This document shows positions 1 to 8,695 of a stretch of DNA of 20,000 bases, in pieces (the stretch's first letter is position 1; each line of letters begins with the position of its first letter). This DNA is from Candidatus Limnocylindrales bacterium (GTDB lineage: Bacteria > Moduliflexota > Moduliflexia > Moduliflexales > JAUQPW01), in contig DATMBG010000042.1 of NCBI GenBank assembly GCA_035559535.1, positions 120,063 through 140,062 on the forward strand, given 5' to 3'. The position numbers and the translations under genes were made by a program. Below the pieces are notes generated by a model that was given only the letters and a program-made list of their open reading frames with translations, did no database searches and had not been told where the DNA came from.

Positions 1-1
1 G

Positions 2-922
2 GGATTCCGCGGATTTTTGCGCTTCCTGAATCAGGAAAGATTCGATGTGATCAATGCCCACCGCTCGGAAGGATACTGCTTCGTTGCCCTGGCTGCTAAA
101 CTGGCTCAAAATAAACCGGCCCTGGTACGAACCCGGGGGGATATGCGTCCGGTCCGAAATAACCCCTTAAACCGATTCTTGTATGGAAAATGGACCGATA
201 AGGTGATTACCTCTGGGGAAGTCATTCGAAGGAATCTATGCCGGGATCTCTTTCTTTCTGCTCATCAGGTTCAAACCATCTACGGGAGTGTAGATCTCCA
301 AAGATTTCATCCTTTTTTAGATGGAAGGGTGAAAAGAAAAGAACTTACCCTTGAGGAAAACGTCAAACTTATCGGCATCATCGGAAGAGTAGGATACATC
401 AAGGGGCATCAATATCTTATCGCAGCGGCTTCCAAGATTATTCAGATAGATCCTTCGGTCCGATTTTTATTGGCGATTAAGGAAGAAGATGAAGACATTG
501 TGCGACTCAAAGACCTCATCGGGCAACTCCATCTTTCCCCTTATTTTATCCTGACAGGGTTTCATCCGGATATTGAGAAGGTCATGGCGGCATTGGATAT
601 AGGTATTGTAACTTCTATTGGATCAGAGGCCAATTGTCGGGTAGTTTTAGAGTTGATGGCATCGGGAAAGCCAATCGTAGCTACCCAGGTTGGAATTATT
701 CCAGAGGTTATCGATAACGGCGTGAATGGAGTGCTGGTACCTCCTAAAAATTCAGAAGCCCTGGCCGAGGCCATCGGTTTTCTGTTAAAAAATCCGGAAA
801 AAGCCCGCAGTTTAGCCCAAGAAGCCCGTAAAACCGCCGAACGTAGATTTAATATCCATCGCCTGGTAGAGGAAACCGAGGCGGTTTATCGGGAGGCTTT
901 AAAGGTCAGGCTGGTAAGATAA
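2..922 (+). CDS. Glycosyltransferase family 4 (GT-B), 5'-partial
   Basis: Frame is open from the window start. Motifs IGIIGRVGYIKGH, EANCRVVLELMASGKPIVATQVGIIPEVI and NGVLVPP are typical of the Glycos_transf_1 domain. Confidence 0.9.
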   Translation, partial: GFRGFLRFLNQERFDVINAHRSEGYCFVALAAKLAQNKPALVRTRGDMRPVRNNPLNRFLYGKWTDKVITSGEVIRRNLCRDLFLSAHQVQTIYGSVDLQRFHPFLDGRVKRKELTLEENVKLIGIIGRVGYIKGHQYLIAAASKIIQIDPSVRFLLAIKEEDEDIVRLKDLIGQLHLSPYFILTGFHPDIEKVMAALDIGIVTSIGSEANCRVVLELMASGKPIVATQVGIIPEVIDNGVNGVLVPPKNSEALAEAIGFLLKNPEKARSLAQEARKTAERRFNIHRLVEETEAVYREALKVRLVR

Positions 923-939
923 GGACGAAAATTTCTAAA

Positions 940-1962
940 ATGTTGGAAGCCCATAAAATACTCGTTATTCAACTTCGTCAGGTAGGAGATGTCCTTCTCA
1001 CTACCCCCGCTTTGAGGGTCTTGCGGACCTACTATCCCCATAGCCATATAGCTTTTCTGACGGAAAGAGCTTCCGCTCCTCTGGTCAGGAATAACCCTCA
1101 TCTGGATGAGGTGATTATAAGAAATCGCTACGGTTCCTGGCGGGAAGAACTTGAACTGATCCGTCAGATTCGCCGTCAGCAATACGATTTGGTCCTTGAT
1201 TTCTTCAGAAATCCCCGAAGTGGCTGGCTTACGCTTCTCAGCGGAGCAAAATATCGGGTGGCCAGCTACCATCCTCTCAGGGCTTTTTTTTACAATATTA
1301 CACCCAAAATTCAGGCCGGCAAAGGCTATGCCACTCTGGATAAGCTCGCCTTGTTAAAGGCCATCGGCCTGGAAGGAGATCTCACTCCGCCCTATCTGGA
1401 AGTACCCGAAGAAGCCAGGGCTTATATCGAGGAATTTCTCGCCGCTCAGGGCATCTCTAAGCCTGACTTGGTCATCACTATCAGTCCTACAAGCCGAAGG
1501 CAACATCGGAAATGGATACCGGAGAAATATGCCCAATTAGCCGACTGGCTTTCAGATACCTGTGGAGCTAAAATCATCTTTCTCTGGGGACCCGGAGAAA
1601 AAGAAGAAGTGGTATCGATCCTCAAAAAATGCCATCGTCCCCATATCCTGGCCTGTCCTACCGACCTTCTTCAACTGGCTGCTCTGTTGGATAAAAGCCG
1701 GCTTCATATCGGAAATGAATCGGCTCCCCGACATATCGCGGTAGCCAGAGGAACCCCCACGCTAACCATTCTGGGACCGACAAATGAAGCAAACTGGACC
1801 TACCCTTCGCCTTTCCATCGGGTGGTCTATGAATCCGTCTCCTGCCGACCCTGTGAAAAGAAAAGTTGTGCCTACCAGATGGAGTGTATGCGATATCTGA
1901 CGGTAGAAAAGGTAGCCGAAGCCTGTAAAGAACTTCTTGAACAGATAAGGAGTGAAGACTAA
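940..1962 (+). CDS. Glycosyltransferase family 9 (ADP-heptose:LPS heptosyltransferase-like)
   Basis: KILVIQLRQVGDVLLTTPALRVLR N-terminus; RKWIPEKYAQLAD; IGNESAPRHIAVA; LGPT; C-terminal CRPC...C...CM motif. Confidence 0.9.
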   Translation: MLEAHKILVIQLRQVGDVLLTTPALRVLRTYYPHSHIAFLTERASAPLVRNNPHLDEVIIRNRYGSWREELELIRQIRRQQYDLVLDFFRNPRSGWLTLLSGAKYRVASYHPLRAFFYNITPKIQAGKGYATLDKLALLKAIGLEGDLTPPYLEVPEEARAYIEEFLAAQGISKPDLVITISPTSRRQHRKWIPEKYAQLADWLSDTCGAKIIFLWGPGEKEEVVSILKKCHRPHILACPTDLLQLAALLDKSRLHIGNESAPRHIAVARGTPTLTILGPTNEANWTYPSPFHRVVYESVSCRPCEKKSCAYQMECMRYLTVEKVAEACKELLEQIRSED

Positions 1963-1996
1963 GAGAGGGCTTCTCTACCTGCTGAAGGCTGAAGGA

Positions 1997-2024
1997 GTAG
2001 GGGCGTAAGGCCTTACGCCCCTAC
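1997..2024. repeat. GTAG-family REP palindrome, type A
   Basis: Perfect 28-bp palindrome GTAGGGGCGTAAGGCCTTACGCCCCTAC. Confidence 0.95.
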
Positions 2025-2094
2025 GTTCTTAAATCCCCAACTTGATGCAAAGGTCTGCGACCTTGCAGATTTATAATATTGGCATTTAGATAAA

Positions 2095-2122
2095 GTAGGG
2101 GCGTAAGGCCTTACGCCCCTAC
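2095..2122. repeat. GTAG-family REP palindrome, type A
   Basis: Identical 28-bp palindrome, followed by GTTCTT like the copy at 1997. Confidence 0.95.
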
Positions 2123-2268
2123 GTTCTTTAACCTTTCTCTTTATCCCCTAGATAAAAATTATGACCGAAAAGTTTTTATAGCACCTTGACAATCTACCGG
2201 CAGAAATATCTTTTTAATAAACTCCTTTTGAGGACCCCGGAGGGTACCCCATAGACATCAAACTAAGA

Positions 2269-2296
2269 GTAGGGGCATAAGGCCTTATGCCCCTAC
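2269..2296. repeat. GTAG-family REP palindrome, type A variant
   Basis: GTAGGGGCATAAGGCCTTATGCCCCTAC, with a compensatory G-C to A-T pair change. Confidence 0.95.
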
Positions 2297-2325
2297 AATT
2301 TGTAAAGCTAATTTTGGGTTATTCT

Positions 2326-2461
2326 CCTTCACCCCAGACCCCTCCCCCCTCTTCCCCCGTGGACGGGGGGAAGGGGTGGGGGCGGAGAGGGGAGTGGAGA
2401 GTTGATCTGGAGACTTGCCGGCTCCTTGCTCCCCTTGTGGAAGCGGGACCGGGGGTGAGGG
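2326..2461. repeat. GC-rich REPIN/MITE-like palindromic element (second repeat family)
   Basis: Imperfect terminal IR CCTTCACCCC...GGGGTGAGGG. Internal hairpin CCCCCGTGGACGGGGG; the same core occurs reversed at 8411-8432. Confidence 0.6.
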
Positions 2462-2467
2462 GAAAGA

Positions 2468-2495
2468 GTAGGGGCGTAAGGCCTTACGCCCCTAC
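2468..2495. repeat. GTAG-family REP palindrome, type A
   Basis: Identical 28-bp palindrome. Confidence 0.95.
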
Positions 2496-2548
2496 AAGAA
2501 ATGGAACGCTTAGGGTGCCTGATGGAATAAAGAGATAGGAGGATAAAG

Positions 2549-3256
2549 ATGAAGTATCGCGAAATAGCCGAAGAAATTTCTTCTCATCTGGAACTGGACA
2601 TTCCTCCCATAGGCCTTTCGTTTGTCGAAACCCTACCGGATGGAATACCTGTATTTGACCGGGATACACCTTCTGCCTGTAGCTTCTGGCGAAAAGCGGA
2701 GTCCGCCATCTTCTATGCTCCGGCAGAAAAGCATTTTAACTGCCCGGTGGGTTCAAAGGTCATGGGATTTGATATGCCCGAAGCGATTCAAGAGGAACTT
2801 AAAGGATTTGTTCAGAAGATGTGCAATGCCGGCTATTTATCCCCGGAAGAAGCTGAAAAACTTCCTTCCATCAAGAAGAAAAAGAGTGGAATTGTCTACG
2901 GACCTTTGAAGGATTTCCCCCTGGAACCCGATTTAATCTTAATGTGGTTGACGCCACGCCAGGCCATGCTATGCGGCGAGGCTGCCGGAAATGTCCGTTG
3001 GACCTCAATTTCCCCCTCTGCTACCTTTGGACGACCGGCCTGTGCAGCTTTACCCATTGCATTTGAACAAGGACGATCTACCCTCTCCCTGGGTTGTATG
3101 GGTATGCGAACCTTTACCGAAATTCAAGAAGATAAAATCCTGGCGGTTCTCCCAGGGAAAAGGATTCAGGAATTTCTTGAAGCCCTGAAGGTCACCCTTG
3201 AAGCTAATCGGGTCATGAAAGCCTTCTACCAGGAACATAAAGCAAAGTTCTTGTAG
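2549..3256 (+). CDS. DUF169-family Cys-rich protein
   Basis: AGGAGG SD. Motifs PIGLSF, ACSFW, NCPVG, YGPL...PDLIL, PACAA and SLGCMGMR resemble DUF169. Confidence 0.7.
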   Translation: MKYREIAEEISSHLELDIPPIGLSFVETLPDGIPVFDRDTPSACSFWRKAESAIFYAPAEKHFNCPVGSKVMGFDMPEAIQEELKGFVQKMCNAGYLSPEEAEKLPSIKKKKSGIVYGPLKDFPLEPDLILMWLTPRQAMLCGEAAGNVRWTSISPSATFGRPACAALPIAFEQGRSTLSLGCMGMRTFTEIQEDKILAVLPGKRIQEFLEALKVTLEANRVMKAFYQEHKAKFL

Positions 3257-3317
3257 GGGCGTAAGGCCTTACGCCCCTACAAGAACACGGAGCCTTACGC
3301 CCCTATAAGAACACGGA
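3247..3317. repeat. Type A REP (3253-3280) extended to a 40-bp palindrome, plus a 26-bp tandem duplication
   Basis: GTTCTT-REP-AAGAAC at 3247-3286. 3266-3291 is repeated at 3292-3317 with one mismatch. Confidence 0.9.
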
Positions 3318-3418
3318 GTATAGAGGCTAAATAGCGATTCAAGAAGGAATACTCAGTTCCCTGAGAGCCGGTAGTTGAAGCAGGGGGAAGTTTCTTTCAT
3401 TAAATTCTATTTTTTTCC

Positions 3419-3447
3419 TTGACGGAAATTTTCTTTGAAGCTATTAT
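3419..3447 (+). promoter_or_regulatory. Sigma70-type promoter of the GntR gene
   Basis: TTGACG (3419-3424), 17 nt, TATTAT (3442-3447). Confidence 0.7.
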
Positions 3448-3467
3448 TGTTATAGTGTTCTATAACA
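3448..3467. promoter_or_regulatory. Candidate GntR operator 1
   Basis: TGTTATA-GTGTTC-TATAACA inverted repeat directly after the -10 box. Confidence 0.7.
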
Positions 3468-3504
3468 CTTTAAGTTCAAATTCCAGATTGGGGAATTTTT
3501 GGCC

Positions 3505-4521
3505 ATGCAACTTTCCATTGATAAAAATAGCGGCTTCTCGATCAAGGCACAGCTTGCCGAGCAGATCAAATTCTTGATCAAGACTGGTAAACTGCAGCCC
3601 CATGAACGGCTTCCGACGGTTCGACAGCTGGCCGGCTTTCTAAGGATAAATCAGAATACCGTCTTTACCGTTTATAAAGAGTTGGAAAAGGAAAAGTTTC
3701 TTTATTGCTTACATGGTAAGGGGTGCTTTGTAGCCGAGCAGAAGGCCCGAACGGAGGAGAAAAACATGTCCGAGCTCCTGGAAATTTTGGAGGAGGCAAT
3801 TGCCAAGGCAAAGGCGAAAGGGATTAGCCCAGAAGAGTTTGCTCTGGCCGCTTTCAGTAGAGCCCAGATGGAAGCCAGGAAGAAACCTCGTCCCCTCGAA
3901 GTTCATTTCATCGAGTGTAACCAGGCGGATTTGAAATTCTACAAAGAGCAACTGGAGAAGGAGGTTGGGATTGAAATTAAGACCTTTCTGGTAGATGAGG
4001 TAGAGCGGCAAATCAACACTGGATATTATCCTTCGAAGGATATAGATCTCGCGGTGACGACCTTCTTTCATTTGCATGAAATCAAGGAGCTCTTGAAAAA
4101 TGCCCCCTTTGAGGTTATCGGAATTATGGCGGGTCCTCATATTAAAACGCTCATGGAGTTGTCCAGTTTACCGGAGAAAACCCGGCTTGGAATTGTGTGT
4201 ATTAGCTGGCGTGGAGTTAAAAACATGGAGGGATCCATCCTTAACTCGGGACTTACCAACGTCATTCCGATTCCTTTTCCTATGACCGATCTGGCTTTAT
4301 TTAAGGAGAAAATTCAACAGGTAGATACCGTTTTAACTTCCCAGGCCTGCTTTGAGAAAGTTAAAGCTCAATTACCTCCCCAGGTAAAATTGATCGTATA
4401 TGACCGGGTGTTAGACCAGGGAGGAATCCAGATGCTGAAAGAGGCTATTGAGGAAATCCGGCAGAGGAAGCAGAAAGGGATTGAAAGTCAACAACCGGAC
4501 TCTGGAAGCCAACCCGGGTAG
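3505..4521 (+). CDS. GntR-family transcriptional regulator, PlmA-like C-terminal domain
   Basis: wHTH motif LPTVRQLAGFLRINQNTVFTVYKELEKE...GKGCFV. The long alpha/beta C-domain (LPEKTRLGIVCIS...GIQMLKE) resembles cyanobacterial PlmA as recalled. Start is ATG 3505 or TTG 3499. Confidence 0.85.
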   Translation: MQLSIDKNSGFSIKAQLAEQIKFLIKTGKLQPHERLPTVRQLAGFLRINQNTVFTVYKELEKEKFLYCLHGKGCFVAEQKARTEEKNMSELLEILEEAIAKAKAKGISPEEFALAAFSRAQMEARKKPRPLEVHFIECNQADLKFYKEQLEKEVGIEIKTFLVDEVERQINTGYYPSKDIDLAVTTFFHLHEIKELLKNAPFEVIGIMAGPHIKTLMELSSLPEKTRLGIVCISWRGVKNMEGSILNSGLTNVIPIPFPMTDLALFKEKIQQVDTVLTSQACFEKVKAQLPPQVKLIVYDRVLDQGGIQMLKEAIEEIRQRKQKGIESQQPDSGSQPG

Positions 4522-4612
4522 GATATCCCGTTTCTATGTGACCCCTCTGGAAAAGGGGTCTGGATTACCAGACCTTCCTTTAGTTTCTAAGGGTTGTTTT
4601 CTTTTTCCAGCT

Positions 4613-4632
4613 TGTTCTAGTTTTTTAGAACA
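4613..4632. promoter_or_regulatory. Candidate GntR operator 2
   Basis: TGTTCTA-GTTTTT-TAGAACA, followed by extra half-sites at 8-bp period (TTAGAACT ATATAACC). Confidence 0.65.
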
Positions 4633-4674
4633 TTAGAACTATATAACCTCGCAACAACCGGGTGGTTTTTCTTC

Positions 4675-4702
4675 GTAGGGGCGTAAGGCCTTACGCCCCT
4701 AC
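4675..4702. repeat. GTAG-family REP palindrome, type A
   Basis: Identical 28-bp palindrome. Confidence 0.95.
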
Positions 4703-4734
4703 AAAGTTTTGAAAAGTTAATCTAACTCAAGGCT

Positions 4735-5787
4735 ATGAAGAAGGATAGGCGAAAGACTCATCATGCAGGCGTAAAGCGTTTAAACGTAAGTTCCTCTTCT
4801 GTTGGAGGGAAATCCCAAAAAGCTCTTCTCTTTATGGCATTTGCCCTGATTTATGTGGTTTGGGGATCGACCTATCTGGCCATGCGTTTTGCCATTGAAG
4901 CGATCCCACCTTTTCTCATGATAGGTATACGATTCTTGATTGCAGGGTCCATTCTTTACAACTGGGCCCGTTTTCAGAGTGCTTCTAAACCTACCCGCAA
5001 ACATTGGGGGAACGCTACCATTATTGGAATCTTACTTCCGGCCTTTGGTACCGGTGGAGTAGCCTGGGCCGAACAATTTGTCCCTACCGGTTCTTGTAAG
5101 GGCGTAAGGCCTTACGCCCCTACTTTTATCCACCATGCCCATGTGGATGATTTTGATCGATGCCTTCCGACCGGGGGGACACGACCAAATCTACGGGTCC
5201 TGATCGGACTTATCGCCGGGTTTATCGGAGTCGCCCTTTTGATAGGTCCCGGAATCCTTACCGAAGAGGGTAAAAACATAGATCCCATGGGAGCGGTTGT
5301 TTTGATTGCCGCTGCCATTTCATGGGCGGAGGGTTCCATCTTCTCCCGCCATGCTATTCTCCAGCCGGTTCCTTTCCAGACAGCAGGGATGGAAATGCTT
5401 GTAGGAGGTATACTCATGACCACCCTGGGACTCCTCCTGGGAGAAGGTTCTCGTATCCATCTTACCACACTTTCTGCGCGTTCCCTGCTTTCACTTTTAT
5501 ATCTCATTGTATTCGGTTCTCTTATAACCTATGTGGCTTATATCTGGTTACTCAAGAAAACTTCTGTAGCGGCTGTACCCACCTATGCCTAGGTTAATCC
5601 CATGGTTGCCATTTTTCTTGGCTGATGGCTTGCCGAGGAGGCTATTGGGTTAAGAATACTTCTGGCGGCCGCCATTATCATAGGTTCCGTAGCCGTAATT
5701 ATTGGACAACAGGAGCGCCCATCGCCTCGAACTTCCATATTCCCGCGTATACTCCGGATCCAGACCCGTCATGAGTTGAATGGTTAA
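4735..5787 (+). pseudogene. EamA/DMT (YedA-like) transporter pseudogene
   Basis: IYVVWGSTYLAMR...PPFLM..RFL motif. REP inserted at 5096-5123 with a local frameshift. In-frame TAG at 5590-5592 in TYA*VNP and TGA at 5623-5625 in FLG*WL. Homology continues to TAA at 5785-5787. Confidence 0.85.
5096..5123. repeat. Type A REP inside the EamA gene
   Basis: GTAAGGGCGTAAGGCCTTACGCCCCTAC, one mismatch to consensus. Confidence 0.95.
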
Positions 5788-5828
5788 TGGATCTCAGAGG
5801 AAACTTTAAAGGAGGTAAAGCGAAAGCG

Positions 5829-6254
5829 ATGACCCCGACCGTAACAAAACAGGAACTGGAGCAACTCTTGCTGGAAACCCCCTTTGCAAAAATTTATGGA
5901 TTCAAAATCCATGAGATCGGAGAGGGTCTATGTACCGTTCAGGTGCCTTTTCAGGATATTTTCGAGCGCCCGGATAAAATCCTAAGTGGACCGGTATTCA
6001 TGGCGGCAGCCGATGTGGCCATGTGGCTGGCCATTATGACCCAACTTGGAAGAACCCCCGGGCTGGTAACGGTTGAAATGAAAACGGCCTTTCTCCACGC
6101 AGCCAGACAGGAAGATTTTTTTTGTACGGCCAAAATCCTGAAACTGGGTAGACGCCTGGTTTATGGAGTTGCCGAGTGTTTAAACAAAGACGGTAAATTA
6201 TTAACCCATCACACCCTGACCTATATCCGACCCGATTCCGGTTCCTATTTTTAG
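5829..6254 (+). CDS. PaaI-family (hotdog-fold) thioesterase
   Basis: PFAKIYGF, LSGPVFMAAADVAM, VTVEMKTAFL, KLGRRLVYG. GGAGGT upstream of ATG 5829; alternative start at 5787. Confidence 0.85.
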   Translation: MTPTVTKQELEQLLLETPFAKIYGFKIHEIGEGLCTVQVPFQDIFERPDKILSGPVFMAAADVAMWLAIMTQLGRTPGLVTVEMKTAFLHAARQEDFFCTAKILKLGRRLVYGVAECLNKDGKLLTHHTLTYIRPDSGSYF

Positions 6255-6313
6255 CCGGGATCGTTTGTCACTCTTGTACCGGTCGGATACCTACGGAAAG
6301 GGACGCTGATCTT

Positions 6314-7099
6314 ATGAATCCCCATCAATTGATCCAGGAGGCGTTTAGCAAACAGGCAAGTCGTTTCGAGGAAAAAGGTCTCACCCTTGCAAACCCGGAA
6401 TATCTACAATGGATGATTGCTCCCCTGACTTTACAAAGCAATTTCCGGGTACTGGATGTTGCAGCCGGAACAGGTCATCTCAGCCGTGCTATGGCACCCT
6501 ACGTAGAACAGGTTGTGGCCCTTGATACAACCCCTGCGATGCTGGCGCAGGGAAAACATTCTTCCCGGCAGGCTAACTTAAAAAACATTTTCTTTCTGAG
6601 AGGCCTCGCAGAAACCTTACCCTTCCCGGATAATACCTTTGACAGGGTCGTCTGTCGTTTTGCCCTGCACCACTTTGTGAATCCCCGAATTCAGATCGAT
6701 GAGATGGTTCGGGTCTGTCGCCCCCATGGAAAAGTAGGCGTTATTGACCTGGTATCCCCTGAAAATGACGTACAGGCCGCAAATTACAATCGTCTGGAAC
6801 GGTTAAGAGATCCTTCCCATACCCGGGCCTTGACGGCAACCGAGCTGAACAACCTGCTACGGGAAGCCGGATTAACCGGGATCTATGCCGAATCCCGCAG
6901 GATCGAAGTGAATGTCCAGCGCTGGTTAGACCTGACAGATCCGGAGCCAGAAACCCGTCAGGTGATTTTAGAGGAACTCTCACGGGAAATCCAGAGTTCA
7001 GGATCAACCGGGATGGATCCCTTTATGCGGGATCAACAACTGATGTTCTTTCATACCTGGAGGGTCGTGGTCGGAATCAAAGGGGAAGAAGCCGGTTAA
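6314..7099 (+). CDS. Class I SAM-dependent methyltransferase
   Basis: VLDVAAGTGH motif I; AETLPFPDNTFDRVVCRFALHHF; RDPSH. Confidence 0.9.
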   Translation: MNPHQLIQEAFSKQASRFEEKGLTLANPEYLQWMIAPLTLQSNFRVLDVAAGTGHLSRAMAPYVEQVVALDTTPAMLAQGKHSSRQANLKNIFFLRGLAETLPFPDNTFDRVVCRFALHHFVNPRIQIDEMVRVCRPHGKVGVIDLVSPENDVQAANYNRLERLRDPSHTRALTATELNNLLREAGLTGIYAESRRIEVNVQRWLDLTDPEPETRQVILEELSREIQSSGSTGMDPFMRDQQLMFFHTWRVVVGIKGEEAG

Positions 7100-7145
7100 T
7101 CTGGATAAAAGTCTGATCCCGTCTTTTAATTTTGTTTCCCTTAAT

Positions 7146-7165
7146 TGTTCTAGTTTAATAGAACT
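7146..7165. promoter_or_regulatory. Candidate GntR operator 3
   Basis: TGTTCTA-GTTTAA-TAGAACT just upstream of the SD of the next gene. Confidence 0.6.
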
Positions 7166-7188
7166 TTAAAACAATGGAGGCCAAAATC

Positions 7189-7467
7189 ATGGATAACTTT
7201 AATCTGTACCTTTCAAAGTTTATCGCAGCAGAAAAACCTTCTGAGTTAAAACCTATTCGGCAAAGGAGGACCCTCTTCCTCAAAAAGGAGGAATCGGTTT
7301 TACAATCCGATGATGAAGAAAACTTATGTTATGAGGGTAATGGGGTGCAGGGCCGGCCGATTCTGAGTGTTGCTTTTAACTGGAGATGGAAAAATGCCCT
7401 GGACCTATTCTTAATTATCCTGGCAAGTCTGGCTTTGGTAGGTGTTTTAGCTTTTTTAACCGGCTGA
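7189..7467 (+). CDS. Small hypothetical protein with a C-terminal transmembrane helix
   Basis: GGAGG SD at 7176-7180 before ATG 7189. Hydrophobic tail LFLIILASLALVGVLAFLTG. Confidence 0.55.
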   Translation: MDNFNLYLSKFIAAEKPSELKPIRQRRTLFLKKEESVLQSDDEENLCYEGNGVQGRPILSVAFNWRWKNALDLFLIILASLALVGVLAFLTG

Positions 7468-7549
7468 TATCTTTCCCTGACAGAAGCGACGGGATTCCAG
7501 GCGAGGAACTTCTTCCTGGTAAAGAAGGTTCCGGTCTTCCATGGGGATC

Positions 7550-7837
7550 TTAGGAGCCCGGCATCCCATTGTTTTTAATTTCTTCCGGAGATTTAATTTC
7601 TGGGTTGCGTTCTGCAGGCAATGGAGGAGGCTCTTCTCTTTTAGGAGGTCTGTAAGGCCGATTGATTTCTTCTTGCATTTCGGCGGTGATGGTTTGTTTC
7701 ATTTCCTCTGCAACCCGCTTAAATTCACCCAGAGTTCGCCCCAGCGTCCTCGCCACTTCTGGAAGCTTTTCAGGGCCTATCACCAATAGAGCAATGATAA
7801 AAATCAAGACTAATTCCGGTAAACCAATTCCAAACAT
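7550..7837 (-). CDS. tatB: Twin-arginine translocase TatA/TatB-family subunit (TatB-like)
   Basis: [41 protein letters not shown]. Confidence 0.8.
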   Translation of the reverse strand: MFGIGLPELVLIFIIALLVIGPEKLPEVARTLGRTLGEFKRVAEEMKQTITAEMQEEINRPYRPPKREEPPPLPAERNPEIKSPEEIKNNGMPGS

Positions 7838-7942
7838 AGTAGGAAGAAAAAGCAAGAACGTGGGAAAGAATATATTCTTTCTCTAGGTTCTTGATTCCTG
7901 AAATCTTTAAAGGGAATCTTACACTCCCTTTTTAAGGATATG

Positions 7943-8308
7943 TTAGTGCCCTCCTTCTTCTTCGATGATGATACGACGTTTTCGTTTTGCAAGATCTACT
8001 TGCTTCGAGATCATATCGGCTACTTTCGGTGCATCGGGAATAGATTTAAGCGTTAGCCTGGGTTCTGTCACATCTGAACTTATAACAATAATATCTCCAA
8101 GTCCGTACAATCTTTGAAGCAAGGATTGTCGAACGGTAATATCTGCAACTTTATAGAGGGGAATTCGGTTGTATTCTTTACTGAGCAGTCCGTTATTGAT
8201 GAGCAGGTAGTCCTCGGTCAGGATGTATTTCGTAGATAGACTCGCCCAAATATTGAACCCCCAGAAGCTGGGTCTCAGCTCCAGGAGGGTTACCGTATCT
8301 TTTTCCAT
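7943..8308 (-). CDS. Bacterial PH-domain protein (bPH_2-like)
   Basis: YILTEDYLLINNGLLSK...IPLYKVADITVRQSLLQRLYGLGDI. AGAGGT SD before MEKDT. Confidence 0.8.
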   Translation of the reverse strand: MEKDTVTLLELRPSFWGFNIWASLSTKYILTEDYLLINNGLLSKEYNRIPLYKVADITVRQSLLQRLYGLGDIIVISSDVTEPRLTLKSIPDAPKVADMISKQVDLAKRKRRIIIEEEGGH

Positions 8309-8398
8309 AAATTTACCTCTTTTTATGAAAAGATTCACGGATAAAACCTGGATAGTACCTGTAACAATTTAGTAGGGGTCACTTTTTCTCTCTGAACA

Positions 8399-8444
8399 CC
8401 CCCCTGGCCCCCCTCCCCGTCCACGGGGAGGGCCGGAGAGGGGG
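8399..8444. repeat. GC-rich hairpin repeat (same family as 2326-2461)
   Basis: CCCTCCCCGT-CC-ACGGGGAGGG at 8411-8432. Confidence 0.6.
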
Positions 8445-8695
8445 AAAAGGTTTTACGTCCAAACCAAATCTTGGTATGTGATATGAATAACCTGGATAAA
8501 CCCTATCACCAGGCTATAATAAATCTTACATACACAGATCCTGCGGGTCAAGCAGAAACTTCCAATTTTCTGGACTCTGGTCAAGACTTCGGTATAAAAC
8601 TTGAGGATCTATCTTTACAGATGAGGAAGCAGACCTTATCTTATAAAGGATATAAACCAGAATTTAAATAGAAAAGAATTTAGGAGACTCAGAAA

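Noticed and set aside
1997-2495. CRISPR array of 28-bp repeats
   Set aside because: Spacings are irregular (70, 146, 171 bp), copies are dispersed and lie inside genes, and no cas genes are present; these are REPs.
2287-2538. 83-aa ORF
   Set aside because: Made up largely of repeat sequence.
5590-5625. Stop-codon recoding (Pyl/Sec or TGA=Trp) in EamA and in the toxin at 14740
   Set aside because: The stops sit at expected Tyr/Trp positions in genes that also have frameshifts. Intact genes such as ileS run without internal TGA, and TGA ends normal genes.
8471-8671. 66-aa ORF or T-box leader upstream of ileS
   Set aside because: TTG start with no SD and no motif; no recognisable T-box sequence or terminator. 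Probably promoter region.
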